Shown: one piece after another, positions 1 through 9,917 of the stretch | Layout: the number at the start of each line of letters is the position of its first letter | Position numbering within the stretch: the first letter of the stretch is position 1 | Assembly: GCA_031271245.1 (NCBI GenBank) | Contig: JAISWC010000177.1 | Location: 1-32,342 of the forward strand | Length of the DNA: 32,342 bases | Direction of reading: 5' to 3' | DNA from: Tannerella sp. | GTDB lineage: Bacteria > Bacteroidota > Bacteroidia > Bacteroidales > Tannerellaceae | Made by a program: the position numbers and the translations under genes | The notes under the pieces: model-generated | Seen by the model: only the letters and a program-made list of their open reading frames with translations | Database searches by the model: none | Told to the model about the DNA's origin: nothing

Positions 1-144
1 AGATCGTACCCGACTATTGCATATGCTTGAGGCTATTGATAATATCTTTGATATGGATACTATCAAATCAAAGATGAAATCGTATGGGTTACTATCCAAA
101 CTGAATTACAACCTCTCAAAGAAAAGCTAAAGAATATCCTTTAA
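1..144 (+). pseudogene. Internally deleted HepT/DUF86-like (HEPN) ribonuclease toxin remnant, 5' end outside window
   Basis: Frame 2 from base 2 reads DRTRLLHMLEAIDNIFD (DUF86-like N-terminus). Frame 1 from 55 reads GYYQIKDEIVWVTIQTELQPLKEKLKNIL* (DUF86-like C-terminus that normally follows RxxxxH). The halves join out of frame at ~52-54 with the middle missing. AT-rich relative to neighbours. Confidence 0.7.
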
Positions 145-195
145 CGACGAATAATAAACAAACTATAAAGTAACGCCCCAAAAAAGAGAAAGTAT

Positions 196-1623
196 ATGAA
201 AAAAACGATTGGATTAGGGTTGCTAATCTGTAACATACTGGTTTCGCCGGCGCAGCAGGCGGACAGGAATTGCCGACTGGGCTTCAGTTACGAGTTCAGT
301 AACAACCCGCACTGGGGGATGGACAGGCCGGTAATCATGAAAGTTTATCCGAAATCGCCGGCGGAGATGGCTGGGATACAGCAAAACGACGTCATCGAAC
401 AGATCAACGGATTGAACGTGAAGGACATTTCGCCGGACGACGCGGATTCCCTGCTGACGGCCTCCGAAAGCCTCGAAATCGAACTGACGGTGAGTAATTT
501 CTCCAGCGCCGCCAAGCGGGTTTCCATCACAAAGGAATGCCTTTCCGGCCTCGCCCTGAACGAAAGCCAGTTGGCGGAAGCGTTTGCCATGTACTGCGTC
601 GAACGGACTCACAACCGCCTGTTCATCTGTCCCTTTATCACGACTGTGACGGAAGACTCCGTCGACTTTTCCCGCTTCAAGTCCTTTGACTTCACGGTCT
701 CGGAAGACAACAGCAACGCCAAAATCGAAGAAACGCTCAACGAAACGCTGAAAACCGAACTGACCGCCAAGGGTCTTCAGTACCATACGGTCAAGCCCGA
801 TTTCCTGGTGCATACTTATTATACCTATCGCGAAAATCCGAACTTCCGACAAAAAAGCAGGGAGACCGAAGAACAGGCACCTGTGTTCAGGTATGACATC
901 ACGCGCGACAGGGTGACGAAATTCCCCTTCTACCAGTCCTCCACACCCGAGTCCGAGGCGGAATACCTTCTGCAGCTGGGCGTCCGTTTCATCGACCAGC
1001 GTTTCATTCCGGGACGTGTCCTGTGGGAGTGCGAGGCGAACGAACTGATGAGCGCACCCTTCGCGATTAACGAATATGCCCTTATCCATATCCCGCTGAT
1101 GTGCATGCAGTTCCCGTACGTCAAGTACAGCCGGAACGCCCAGTTCATCCTGACGAAAAAGGCATACCACTACACCGGCCTCAGCTACAGCATCAACCGG
1201 CTCAGTGAAATCGCCGCAGTCGACCCCGTTTCGCCCGCCTGGGAGGCGGGAATCCGTCCGCGCGACGTCGTCGAACAGATCGAAAACAAACGGATGGAGC
1301 ATACGGCGGCGGAATTTACGGCAGCCTATCACCGGTTTATTGCAAATACGCTGAAACATCGCGACAGAGGCACCCGCTTCACGGACGCCAACGGTTTTCC
1401 GGACTGCATGTACTGGGACCCGGCTCGGGCAACTCAGATTGCGAAGGCTTTTGACAACGACAGGCGTTACATGACAGCCTTTGCTTACCTCTACGGTTTC
1501 GAACCGTACATCAACCGCTCGGGGAACACATCCTGCATGTTCGTTGTCCGGCGTAACGGGGAGAAAATGCAGTTCACGCTGCGTCCCGTTTTCCATTCGG
1601 AGAAAACAATAGAGTTGAATTGA
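196..1623 (+). CDS. Secreted PDZ / DUF4136-like / PDZ domain protein
   Basis: 475-aa ORF with signal-like N-terminus, two PDZ-type segments (VYPKSPAEMAGIQQNDVIEQING; VDPVSPAWEAGIRPRDVVEQIEN) and a central DFSRFKSFDF...PDFLVHTYY segment typical of DUF4136. Confidence 0.7.
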   Translation: MKKTIGLGLLICNILVSPAQQADRNCRLGFSYEFSNNPHWGMDRPVIMKVYPKSPAEMAGIQQNDVIEQINGLNVKDISPDDADSLLTASESLEIELTVSNFSSAAKRVSITKECLSGLALNESQLAEAFAMYCVERTHNRLFICPFITTVTEDSVDFSRFKSFDFTVSEDNSNAKIEETLNETLKTELTAKGLQYHTVKPDFLVHTYYTYRENPNFRQKSRETEEQAPVFRYDITRDRVTKFPFYQSSTPESEAEYLLQLGVRFIDQRFIPGRVLWECEANELMSAPFAINEYALIHIPLMCMQFPYVKYSRNAQFILTKKAYHYTGLSYSINRLSEIAAVDPVSPAWEAGIRPRDVVEQIENKRMEHTAAEFTAAYHRFIANTLKHRDRGTRFTDANGFPDCMYWDPARATQIAKAFDNDRRYMTAFAYLYGFEPYINRSGNTSCMFVVRRNGEKMQFTLRPVFHSEKTIELN

Positions 1624-1641
1624 ACCGTTCAGTTGCGTTTC

Positions 1642-4110
1642 GTGATATATCCCGAAGATTTTGAATACAAGGTCGGATTCGACCGGATCCGGCAACTCGT
1701 TTCCGGCAAATGCCTCAGTACGCTGGGAAGGGAACGGGTAGACGCCATCCGGTTCTCCGACAGCCCGGACGTCATCTCCGCCCAGCTGGAGCAAACGGAC
1801 GAATTCATGCGCATCCTCCAGGGCGACCGGGAATTTCCCTCCGACCATTTCATCGATGTCCGCCACTCGCTCCGCCGGATTCGTCCGGAAGGCACCTTCC
1901 TCGACGAACAGGAACTGTTTGACCTCAAGCGTTCCCTGCAAACGATTCACGACATCGTCCGCTTCTTCCGCGCCGCAGACGGCACGGCAGCGGCCTGTCC
2001 CGCTCTGACGGCGCTGACGGTCGACATGCCCGTTTTTCCGGAAATCATCCGGCAGATAGACGCCATACTGGACAAGTATGGAAAAGTCAGAGACCAGGCT
2101 TCGCCTGAACTGCTGCAAATCCGGCGGGAGATGAACGCGACGGTCGGCAACATTTCCCGCAGCCTGCAACAAATCCTGCGCTCGGCGCAGGCCGAGGGAC
2201 TGGTAGACCGGGACGTCGCCCCGACGATGCGGGACGGACGGCTGGTCATTCCCGTTGCGCCGGCGTTCAAACGCAGGATACGCGGTATCATACACGATGA
2301 ATCGGCTTCCGGCAAGACGGTTTTCATCGAACCCGAAGCCGTGGTTGAAGCCAACAATCGCATCCGGGAACTGGAAGGCCGCGAACGGCGCGAAATCGTC
2401 CGTATCCTGACGGCGCTGACAGACGTGATCCGCCCGCTGGCGCCGGACATCCTGCAATCGTATGTCCTGCTGGCGGAAATCGACCTGACTCGCGCCAAGG
2501 CGCTGTTTGCCCTGCAAATCCGCGCCATCAAACCGGCGATTGTCTGTCAACCGCTGATCGACTGGACGGAGGCCGTTCATCCGCTGCTGTACCTGTCGCA
2601 CCGGAAGCAGAACAAACCCGTCGAACCGCTGGACATAACGCTGGACGGGAAAGGACGTATCCTGGTCATTTCCGGCCCGAACGCCGGCGGCAAATCGGTA
2701 TGCCTGAAGACGGTCGGCCTGTTGCAGTACATGATGCAGTGCGGCCTGCCCGTTCCGCTCCACGAGCGGTCGCGCATGGGACTGTTCGCCCGGATATTTA
2801 TCGACATCGGCGACGAACAGAGTCTGGAAAACGATTTGAGCACATACAGTTCACACCTGACGCACATGAAATATTTCGTCCGCAACAGCCATGCACAAAC
2901 GCTCCTGCTGATCGATGAGTTCGGCAGCGGAACGGAACCGCTGATCGGCGGAGCCATTGCGGAGGCACTGCTGGAAGGCTTCAACCGGAACGGAAGTTTC
3001 GGCGTCGTCACCACGCATTACCAGAATCTCAAGCAGTACGCCGACCGCACGGAGGGCGTCGTCAACGGCGCCATGCTCTACGACCGTCACCGGATGCAGC
3101 CCCTCTTCAAACTCTCCGTCGGCTTGCCGGGCAGTTCGTTTGCTATCGAAATCGCCCGCAAAATCGGACTGCCGGAAGACGTCATTGCCGACGCCTCCGC
3201 CAAAGTGGGTTCCGATTATATTGAAATGGACAAATTCCTGCAGGACATCGTCCGCGACAAACGCTACTGGGAAAACAAACGCCAGAGCATCCGGCAGCAG
3301 GAAAAACGGCTGGAAGAATTGACCGCCCGCTACGAACAGGACCTTGACGCGCTGAACAGCCAGCGCCGCGAGATCATGAAAACAGCCCGTCAGCAGGCCG
3401 AACAGATTCTTGCGGAAGCGAATGCGCGGGTCGAAAACACCATCCGCGAAATCCGGGAGGCGCAGGCTGAAAAGGAACGTACCCGGTCGGTCAGGCAAAC
3501 GCTGGACGACTTCAGGACGTCTCTCCGAACGGACGGGGATGACGATGAACGGACGGTACGCCGGATGCACCGGCTGCGGGAACGCCCGGCGCGAAAAAAG
3601 AAATCCGGCAAGCCGCTGCCTCCCCCGTCGCAGGAACAGACGGCATGGGCTGTCGGCGACGCCGTCCGCCTGAAAGGGCAGCAGGCCGTCGGCACCGTTC
3701 TCGAACTGAACGGCCGGCAGGCGGTCATCGCACTGGGGATGATCAAGAGTACCGTCAAGACCGAACAACTGGAGAAAGTCAGTCGCGACGCCCTCCGGAA
3801 GGAAACCCGTCAGGACACGTTCCTCAGCCGGCAGACCGCCGACGAAATGCATGAAAAGAAACTGGCCTTCAGGCAGGACATCGACGTGCGCGGCATGCGC
3901 GGCGACGAAGCGCTGCAAGCCGTCACCTACTATATCGACGACGCCATCCAGACCGATGCCGGCCGCGTACGCATCCTGCACGGTACCGGAAACGGCATTC
4001 TCCGCCGGCTCATTCGCGACTACCTGCGCACCGTCCCCGGTATCCGGCATTTTCAGGACGAACACGTCCAGTTCGGCGGCGCAGGCATCACCGTGGTGGA
4101 ACTGGAATGA
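1642..4110 (+). CDS. mutS2: MutS2 family protein with C-terminal Smr domain
   Basis: Walker A SGPNAGGKS, LIDEFGSGTEP, TTHY, coiled-coil region, Smr domain (DVRGMRGDEA...ILHGTGNG...GGAGIT). Likely start GTG 1642 (MIYP...); ORF track begins at 1633. Confidence 0.95.
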   Translation: MIYPEDFEYKVGFDRIRQLVSGKCLSTLGRERVDAIRFSDSPDVISAQLEQTDEFMRILQGDREFPSDHFIDVRHSLRRIRPEGTFLDEQELFDLKRSLQTIHDIVRFFRAADGTAAACPALTALTVDMPVFPEIIRQIDAILDKYGKVRDQASPELLQIRREMNATVGNISRSLQQILRSAQAEGLVDRDVAPTMRDGRLVIPVAPAFKRRIRGIIHDESASGKTVFIEPEAVVEANNRIRELEGRERREIVRILTALTDVIRPLAPDILQSYVLLAEIDLTRAKALFALQIRAIKPAIVCQPLIDWTEAVHPLLYLSHRKQNKPVEPLDITLDGKGRILVISGPNAGGKSVCLKTVGLLQYMMQCGLPVPLHERSRMGLFARIFIDIGDEQSLENDLSTYSSHLTHMKYFVRNSHAQTLLLIDEFGSGTEPLIGGAIAEALLEGFNRNGSFGVVTTHYQNLKQYADRTEGVVNGAMLYDRHRMQPLFKLSVGLPGSSFAIEIARKIGLPEDVIADASAKVGSDYIEMDKFLQDIVRDKRYWENKRQSIRQQEKRLEELTARYEQDLDALNSQRREIMKTARQQAEQILAEANARVENTIREIREAQAEKERTRSVRQTLDDFRTSLRTDGDDDERTVRRMHRLRERPARKKKSGKPLPPPSQEQTAWAVGDAVRLKGQQAVGTVLELNGRQAVIALGMIKSTVKTEQLEKVSRDALRKETRQDTFLSRQTADEMHEKKLAFRQDIDVRGMRGDEALQAVTYYIDDAIQTDAGRVRILHGTGNGILRRLIRDYLRTVPGIRHFQDEHVQFGGAGITVVELE

Positions 4111-4155
4111 GAATAAATCTTTGTAACTTATTATTTTGCATTACTAAATACAGAA

Positions 4156-5136
4156 ATGATGGACAGGAAAACCCTACGAATCGTATACATGGGCACGCCG
4201 GATTTTGCGGTAGCGAGTTTGCGTGCGCTGGTGGAGGGCGGTTACCGGGTGGTTGGCGTCGTCACGATGCCCGACAAGCCGGCCGGACGGCACGGTAACA
4301 TCCTGCAACCCAGTCCGGTCAAGCTATACGCGCAACAGCAGGGCATTCCCGTCCTGCAGCCGGAGCGACTGAAGGACGAAACCTTTTTGGCCACGCTTCG
4401 CGCCCTGAAAGCCGACTTGCAGATCGTGGCCGCCTTTCGCATGTTGCCCGAAGTTGTGTGGAACATGCCGCCCCTGGGCACGTTCAACCTGCACGCTTCG
4501 CTCCTGCCGCAATATCGCGGTGCGGCGCCCGTCAACTGGGCCGTGATCAACGGCGAAAAGGAAACGGGCGTGACGACGTTTTTCCTGACACACGAGATCG
4601 ACACCGGCCACATCATCCGCCAGCGACGTCTGCCGATCGCGGAAACGGACGATGCGGGCAGCGTTCACGACAAACTGATGACCCTGGGCGCCACGCTGGT
4701 GGTCGAAACGGTCGACCTGCTGCTGGCGAACAGCGGCCGGATCAACGCGATTCCGCAGGAAACGCTGACCGCCCCCGGCGTGGAACTGCGTCCCGCCCCG
4801 AAAATCTTCAAGGACACCTGTCGCATCCGCTGGCAACAGCCGGCCAAAACCGTCTGCGACTTTATCCGCGGCCTCTCGCCCAGTCCGGCCGCGTGGACGG
4901 AATGGATTGCGGAAGGCGCAGCGCCGCAGCCGATGAAAGTATTCCGTTCGGAATGTCTTCCGGAGACACATACACTGTCCCCCGGCGCCGTCCGCACCGA
5001 CGGCAACACATATCTTGACGTGGCCGCGACGGACGGATTCGTGCGGCTGCTCTCCGTGCAGCTGGCCGGCAAACGGCGGCTGGATACGAAAGAGTTCCTG
5101 AACGGCGTCAGGCATGTTGCCTTTGCCGTCAGGTAA
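4156..5136 (+). CDS. fmt: Methionyl-tRNA formyltransferase
   Basis: YMGTPDFA, VVTMPDKPAGR and NLHASLLPQYRGAAP motifs; 326 aa. Confidence 0.97.
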   Translation: MMDRKTLRIVYMGTPDFAVASLRALVEGGYRVVGVVTMPDKPAGRHGNILQPSPVKLYAQQQGIPVLQPERLKDETFLATLRALKADLQIVAAFRMLPEVVWNMPPLGTFNLHASLLPQYRGAAPVNWAVINGEKETGVTTFFLTHEIDTGHIIRQRRLPIAETDDAGSVHDKLMTLGATLVVETVDLLLANSGRINAIPQETLTAPGVELRPAPKIFKDTCRIRWQQPAKTVCDFIRGLSPSPAAWTEWIAEGAAPQPMKVFRSECLPETHTLSPGAVRTDGNTYLDVAATDGFVRLLSVQLAGKRRLDTKEFLNGVRHVAFAVR

Positions 5137-5328
5137 AGAAGGGTGGTTTTCATCTTTTTTCGCCTTGTCGTTATTTTATACTTCACGCGGGATGGATATG
5201 ATGGTTGAAAACAGTCGACAGTCGATGTATAACGTTATGCTCCGTCGGTACCCAACGCCGGGGTACAGTCGGTGTACAAAAATCTCCAAATTCAACTCAC
5301 AAAATCATCCCGTGCAAAGTATAATACT

Positions 5329-5336
5329 TACCTTTG
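5329..5336 (+). promoter_or_regulatory. Bacteroidota -7 promoter box TACCTTTG inside a 9-bp inverted repeat
   Basis: Matches TAnnTTTG, 23 nt before ATG 5360; IR arms cgtgcaaag 5311-5319 and ctttgcacg 5332-5340. Confidence 0.65.
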
Positions 5337-5359
5337 CACGAAATTAAAAACAACGACTT

Positions 5360-5788
5360 ATGAAAAAGTTTTTTTGCTTATTTGTTATCATGACCTTTGC
5401 GCTGGTTGCGTGTGAAGGTCCGATGGGGCCTGCGGGCGAACCGGGCGAAAGCGTGAATCTGGAGACGTATTACTACACCGTAGCCTCGCGCGACTGGAAA
5501 GAGATCGGCGGAGCGGGAGATCTTACGTTCTATCAGTACATTGTAGACCTGGACATCGGCAAGCGTATCTATGACCGGGGCGACGTCTCCGCCTTCATGT
5601 ACCTGGTGGACGACGGCAACGAGGTGCAGGCGCCTCTCCCTTATTCCATCCCCCACACCGACGGCGGTCTGCGGTGGACGGAACACTATACCTTCGACTT
5701 CGACCAGGGAACCGTTTCCTTTTATGCCGACTATCTCCGCGGCGAAAATCCTCCGTCGCAGGAGTTTCGCGTTGTACTGATCTGGTGA
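5360..5788 (+). CDS. Small lipoprotein with short collagen-like Gly-X-Y stalk
   Basis: Lipobox-type LVAC after a hydrophobic stretch, then EGPMGPAGEPGES; 142 aa. Confidence 0.75.
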   Translation: MKKFFCLFVIMTFALVACEGPMGPAGEPGESVNLETYYYTVASRDWKEIGGAGDLTFYQYIVDLDIGKRIYDRGDVSAFMYLVDDGNEVQAPLPYSIPHTDGGLRWTEHYTFDFDQGTVSFYADYLRGENPPSQEFRVVLIW

Positions 5789-5794
5789 ACGGAC

Positions 5795-7630
5795 ATGGAA
5801 GGGGAACAGTTTGAAATGGTGGCCAAGACGCTGTACGGTCTGGAAGACGTTTTGGCGGAAGAGTTGTCGGCCCTGCAGGCGGAAGACGTCGTGGCGGGGC
5901 GTCGCATGGTTTCGTTCAGGGGCGACAAGGCGATGATGTACAGGACGAATCTGCATTGCCGGACAGCTCTGCGTATCCTCAAGTCCATCGCCTGGTTCAA
6001 GGCCGACAACGCGGGCGCCGTCTATGAGGAAGTGAAGAAAATCGAGTGGGAACGCTATTTTATGCCCGACAAAACGTTTGCCGTGGACGCGGTCATCTAC
6101 TCCGAATCGTTCAATCATTCCAAGTTCGTGGCCTACCGTACCAAGGACGCCATCGCGGACTATTTCAGCGAAAAGTTCGGGAAACGCCCTTCCGTCCGCA
6201 TCAACCGGCCGGACATGTACATCCATATCCATATTTCGCATCACGACTGCACCGTTTCGCTCGACAGTTCGGGCGAAAGCCTGCACCGTCGCGGCTACCG
6301 GACGGCGCAGGGCGATGCGCCGCTGAACGAAGTGCTGGCGGCGGGGATGATTCTGCTGACCGGCTGGCGGGGCGAATCCGGTTTCGTCGACCCGATGTGC
6401 GGCTCCGGCACGCTGCTCATTGAGGCGGCCATGATTGCGCTCAACATCCCGCCCGGCCTCTACCGCAGGGAATATGCTTTCGAGAAATGGAACGACTACG
6501 ACGCGGATCTGTTCGACGAAGTCTATAACGATGACTCCGGCGAACGCGACTTCGCGTTCAAGTGTTTCGGGTCGGACGTCTCGCCGGCCGCCATCGAGCT
6601 GGCGCGCGAAAACATCCGCAACGCCGGCCTGACGAAATACATCGAACTGAAAACGCTTCCCTTCCAGCAGTATGCCGAAGCGCCCGCCGGAGCGGGGGTG
6701 CTGGTAACGAATCCGCCCTACGGCGAACGCATCGCCGCCAGTGACATCCTGAATCTCTACACAATGATCGGCGAACGGCTGAAACACGTCTTCACCGGAT
6801 ACCGCGCCTGGATTTTGAGTTACAAAGAAGCGTTTTTCGAACATATCGGACTGCATTCCGACCGGAAAATCAAACTGATGAACGGCGCACTCGAGTGTGA
6901 GTTTCGCTGCTACGAACTGTTTGCCGGGAAAAACAGGGATTACAAAGCCGCCCTGAACGAGCAGCAGCGCAAACCATATCCCCCCGAATCGGCACCGGCC
7001 GATAAAAAAAGAACCGGCGACGGCGAACGGCGATCCTATGACCGGGAGCGTCCTTTCGCCGGAAAAAGCAGGGAGTATGGAACGGCGCAGGACGAACGGC
7101 GCAGGCCGTATCTCCCCAAACCGGCCGATAAAAAAAGAACCGGCGACGGCGAACGGCGATCCTTTGACCGGGAGCGTCCTTTCGCCGGAAAAAGTAGGGA
7201 GTATGGAACGGCGCCGAACGAACGGCGCAGGCCGTATCTCCCCAGACCGGCCGATGAAAAAAGAACCGGCGACGACGAACGGCGATCCTTTGACCGGGAG
7301 CGTCCTTTTGCCAAGAAAAGTAGGGAGTATGGAACGGCGCCGGACGAACGGCGCAGGCCGTATCTCCCCAGACCGGCCGATGAAAAAAGAACCGGCGACG
7401 GCGAACGGCGATCCTTTGACCGGGAGCGTCCCTTCGCCGGGAAAAGCAGGGAGTATGGAACGGCGCCGGACGAACGACGCAAGCCGTATCTCCCTAAACC
7501 GGCAGAGGAAAAAAAGACCCGTGAGAGCGACAGACAGCCATTTGTCAAAAACAGTCTGTTTGACCGTCTTCGCCCCATAGACAACCCTCCGCACAAAAAA
7601 ACGTATTCCAAAAGAGATGAGAAAAAGTAA
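5795..7630 (+). CDS. rlmL: THUMP-domain class I SAM-dependent rRNA methyltransferase (RlmL-like) with long repetitive charged C-terminal tail
   Basis: SLDSSGESLHRRGYR, DPMCGSGTLLIEAA and NPPYGER motifs; THUMP-type N-terminus. Confidence 0.8.
   Translation: MEGEQFEMVAKTLYGLEDVLAEELSALQAEDVVAGRRMVSFRGDKAMMYRTNLHCRTALRILKSIAWFKADNAGAVYEEVKKIEWERYFMPDKTFAVDAVIYSESFNHSKFVAYRTKDAIADYFSEKFGKRPSVRINRPDMYIHIHISHHDCTVSLDSSGESLHRRGYRTAQGDAPLNEVLAAGMILLTGWRGESGFVDPMCGSGTLLIEAAMIALNIPPGLYRREYAFEKWNDYDADLFDEVYNDDSGERDFAFKCFGSDVSPAAIELARENIRNAGLTKYIELKTLPFQQYAEAPAGAGVLVTNPPYGERIAASDILNLYTMIGERLKHVFTGYRAWILSYKEAFFEHIGLHSDRKIKLMNGALECEFRCYELFAGKNRDYKAALNEQQRKPYPPESAPADKKRTGDGERRSYDRERPFAGKSREYGTAQDERRRPYLPKPADKKRTGDGERRSFDRERPFAGKSREYGTAPNERRRPYLPRPADEKRTGDDERRSFDRERPFAKKSREYGTAPDERRRPYLPRPADEKRTGDGERRSFDRERPFAGKSREYGTAPDERRKPYLPKPAEEKKTRESDRQPFVKNSLFDRLRPIDNPPHKKTYSKRDEKK
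6995..7520 (+). repeat. In-frame 126-bp (42-aa) tandem repeat, 4 full copies plus a degenerate start of a 5th
   Basis: Units start at 6995, 7121, 7247, 7373 and 7499 (partial); unit about PADKKRTGDGERRSFDRERPFAGKSREYGTAPDERRRPYLPK. Confidence 0.97.
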
Positions 7631-9836
7631 CCGTTTTTTATACGTTCTGTTTATTGTATTCACTACTTCGTTTATGATGCAACTTGGCGCACAGGAGAAA
7701 CTGCTGACCTTGCAGGACTTGATTCCCGGCGGGCGGAACCAGTTCCGTTTCGTCCCCCGTAACCTGAAGCAACTGCAATGGTGCGGCGAACAGTATATAT
7801 ATGTAAAGGGCGACAGCCTGCTGGCCGCCCTGCCGACAGACCCGGCCGAACAGGTAGCGCTGACCCTCGAACAGCTGAACCGGACGCTGGAAACAGCCGG
7901 ATATCCCTCCACCGGTCACTTGCCGGACTTCTCCGTCCCCTTCCCGAAGCAGCCCGGCGTGCTGGCGTTTCACTACAAAAACTGCCGGATTCATTTCGAC
8001 TGGAAGGCACTTCATGACCTGAAGGCCCGCAAGATCATCACCGCCGCCTGGACGCTGGACCCGCAGTGGGCAAACTTCGAGTTCTGCGAAGCGAACGGCT
8101 GTCTGGCCTTTACGGAGAAAAACAGCGTGCGGATACTCTCGAGCGAAAACCGCACCTCGGTCGTGACGGACGAAACGGAGGAAGGAATCGTTTGCGGCGC
8201 CTCTGTCCACCAGAACGAATTTGGCATCCGCAAGGGGCTGTTCTGGTCGCCGCAGGGTGCGGCGCTGGCGTTCTACCGGATGGACGAACGGATGGTCACG
8301 GACTATCCGCTGGTCAATATCCAGGCGCGAGCGGCGAAGGCGGAACCGTTCAAGTATCCGATGGCCGGGATGAAAAGCCATGAGGTGACGGTCGGCGTCT
8401 ACCATCTGTCCGAAGGACGGGTCACGTGGCTGAAAACGGGGCTGCCGAAGGAAAAATACCTGACCAACATTGCCTGGAGTCCGGATGAAAAAAGCATTTA
8501 CATCGCCGAACTGAACCGCGAACAGAACGAATGTTGTCTGGTGCGTTACAATGCCCGGACGGGCGAAAAGGAAGCGGAACTCTTCACCGAACGCAACGAA
8601 AAATATGTGGAACCGCAGCATCCCGCGCTCTTTCTGCCGAAAGACCCGGAGCGCTTCATCTGGCAAAGCCAGCGGGACGGATACAATCACCTTTACCTCT
8701 ACGACATTCACGGGAAATTACTGAAACAACTCACGTCGGGAAAGTGGGTCGTGACCGGTGTACTCGGCTTCGACGAAAAAGGCGCCAGCCTCTTCTTCTC
8801 CGCCACGGCGCCCTGCACAGGCGATGCGGCCGGCGAGGGAAACCCGCTCGAAAACCATACGTGGCAGCTCAACCTCAAAACCGGCGTCCGCACCTGCATA
8901 AACCCCAAACCCGGCGTTCATCAGGCGACCCTCAGTCCATCGGGGCTGTACGCCATCGACCGGACGACGTCGCCCGGCACGCCGCGCGATATTGACATCA
9001 TCCGCCTCAAAGACCGTAAAACGCTGAAATCGCTCCTCTCCGCCCCCAACCCGTTCAGGGGATACGAAATGCCCGACGTCACCACCGGCACGATTACGGC
9101 GGCGGACGGGAAAACCGCCCTGCATTACCGGCTGACGACGCCGCCCCACTTCGACCGTACCCGCAGGCATCCGGCCATCGTCTACGTATACGGCGGCCCT
9201 CACGCCCGGCTGGTGAGCGGCGGCTGGATGAACGGCCTCGGCGGCTGGGATATCTACATGGCGCTGCGCGGATACGTGATGTTCACCGTCGACGGACGAG
9301 GCTCCGCCGACCGGGGCTTTGCGTTCGAGAGTGCGATCCACCGGCAACTGGGCGTCTGCGAGATGGAAGACCAGATCAAAGGCGTGGAATTTCTGAAATC
9401 GCTGCCCTACGTGGACGGCGACCGGCTGGGCGTGCACGGCTGGAGTTACGGCGGTTTCATGACGACGAACCTGATGCTGACCTATCCGGACGTCTTCAGG
9501 GCGGGTGTGGCCGGCGGCCCGGTGATTGACTGGTCTCACTACGAAATCATGTACGGGGAACGCTACATGGATCATCCGAAAGAAAATCCCGAAGGATACG
9601 AACAGGCAAACCTGTGCGAGAAGGCGGGCAACCTGAAAGGGCGTCTGCTGTTGATTCACGGCGACATCGACCCCGTGGTCGTCTGGCAGCACAGTCTGCT
9701 GTTTCTGGAAGCCTGCGTCAACGCGGGCACTTTCCCCGACTACTTCGTATACCCGCGGCACAAACACAACGTGACCGGCAAAGACCGGCCGCATTTGTAC
9801 GAAAAAATCACCCGCTATTTCGACGAACATCTATAA
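7617..9836 (+). CDS. ptpA: S9B family prolyl tripeptidyl peptidase / DPP IV-like
   Basis: Signal peptide, DPPIV_N propeller, catalytic GWSYGG; C-terminus DPVVVWQHSLLFL...PDYFVYP.H.HNV.G.DR.HLYE.ITRYF closely resembles Porphyromonas PtpA. Confidence 0.85.
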   Translation: MRKSNRFLYVLFIVFTTSFMMQLGAQEKLLTLQDLIPGGRNQFRFVPRNLKQLQWCGEQYIYVKGDSLLAALPTDPAEQVALTLEQLNRTLETAGYPSTGHLPDFSVPFPKQPGVLAFHYKNCRIHFDWKALHDLKARKIITAAWTLDPQWANFEFCEANGCLAFTEKNSVRILSSENRTSVVTDETEEGIVCGASVHQNEFGIRKGLFWSPQGAALAFYRMDERMVTDYPLVNIQARAAKAEPFKYPMAGMKSHEVTVGVYHLSEGRVTWLKTGLPKEKYLTNIAWSPDEKSIYIAELNREQNECCLVRYNARTGEKEAELFTERNEKYVEPQHPALFLPKDPERFIWQSQRDGYNHLYLYDIHGKLLKQLTSGKWVVTGVLGFDEKGASLFFSATAPCTGDAAGEGNPLENHTWQLNLKTGVRTCINPKPGVHQATLSPSGLYAIDRTTSPGTPRDIDIIRLKDRKTLKSLLSAPNPFRGYEMPDVTTGTITAADGKTALHYRLTTPPHFDRTRRHPAIVYVYGGPHARLVSGGWMNGLGGWDIYMALRGYVMFTVDGRGSADRGFAFESAIHRQLGVCEMEDQIKGVEFLKSLPYVDGDRLGVHGWSYGGFMTTNLMLTYPDVFRAGVAGGPVIDWSHYEIMYGERYMDHPKENPEGYEQANLCEKAGNLKGRLLLIHGDIDPVVVWQHSLLFLEACVNAGTFPDYFVYPRHKHNVTGKDRPHLYEKITRYFDEHL

Positions 9837-9917
9837 GGGAACAATGCGAATGAAACGGGACATAAAGGGTGCACCGTGCGGAGCCGGCGCTAACGGCGGC
9901 GGGGTTATAAAAAACCA

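Noticed and set aside
223-2763. Long antisense ORFs (223-2763, 5378-7912, 21326-23815, 25437-27029, 18303-19772 and others)
   Set aside because: Shadow frames opposite well-supported genes, expected with high GC3; no recognisable motifs.
1642-7630. mutS2, fmt and RlmL-like gene as a dedicated ribosome-quality cluster
   Set aside because: Ordinary housekeeping neighbours separated by an internal promoter; nothing in the sequence shows functional coupling.
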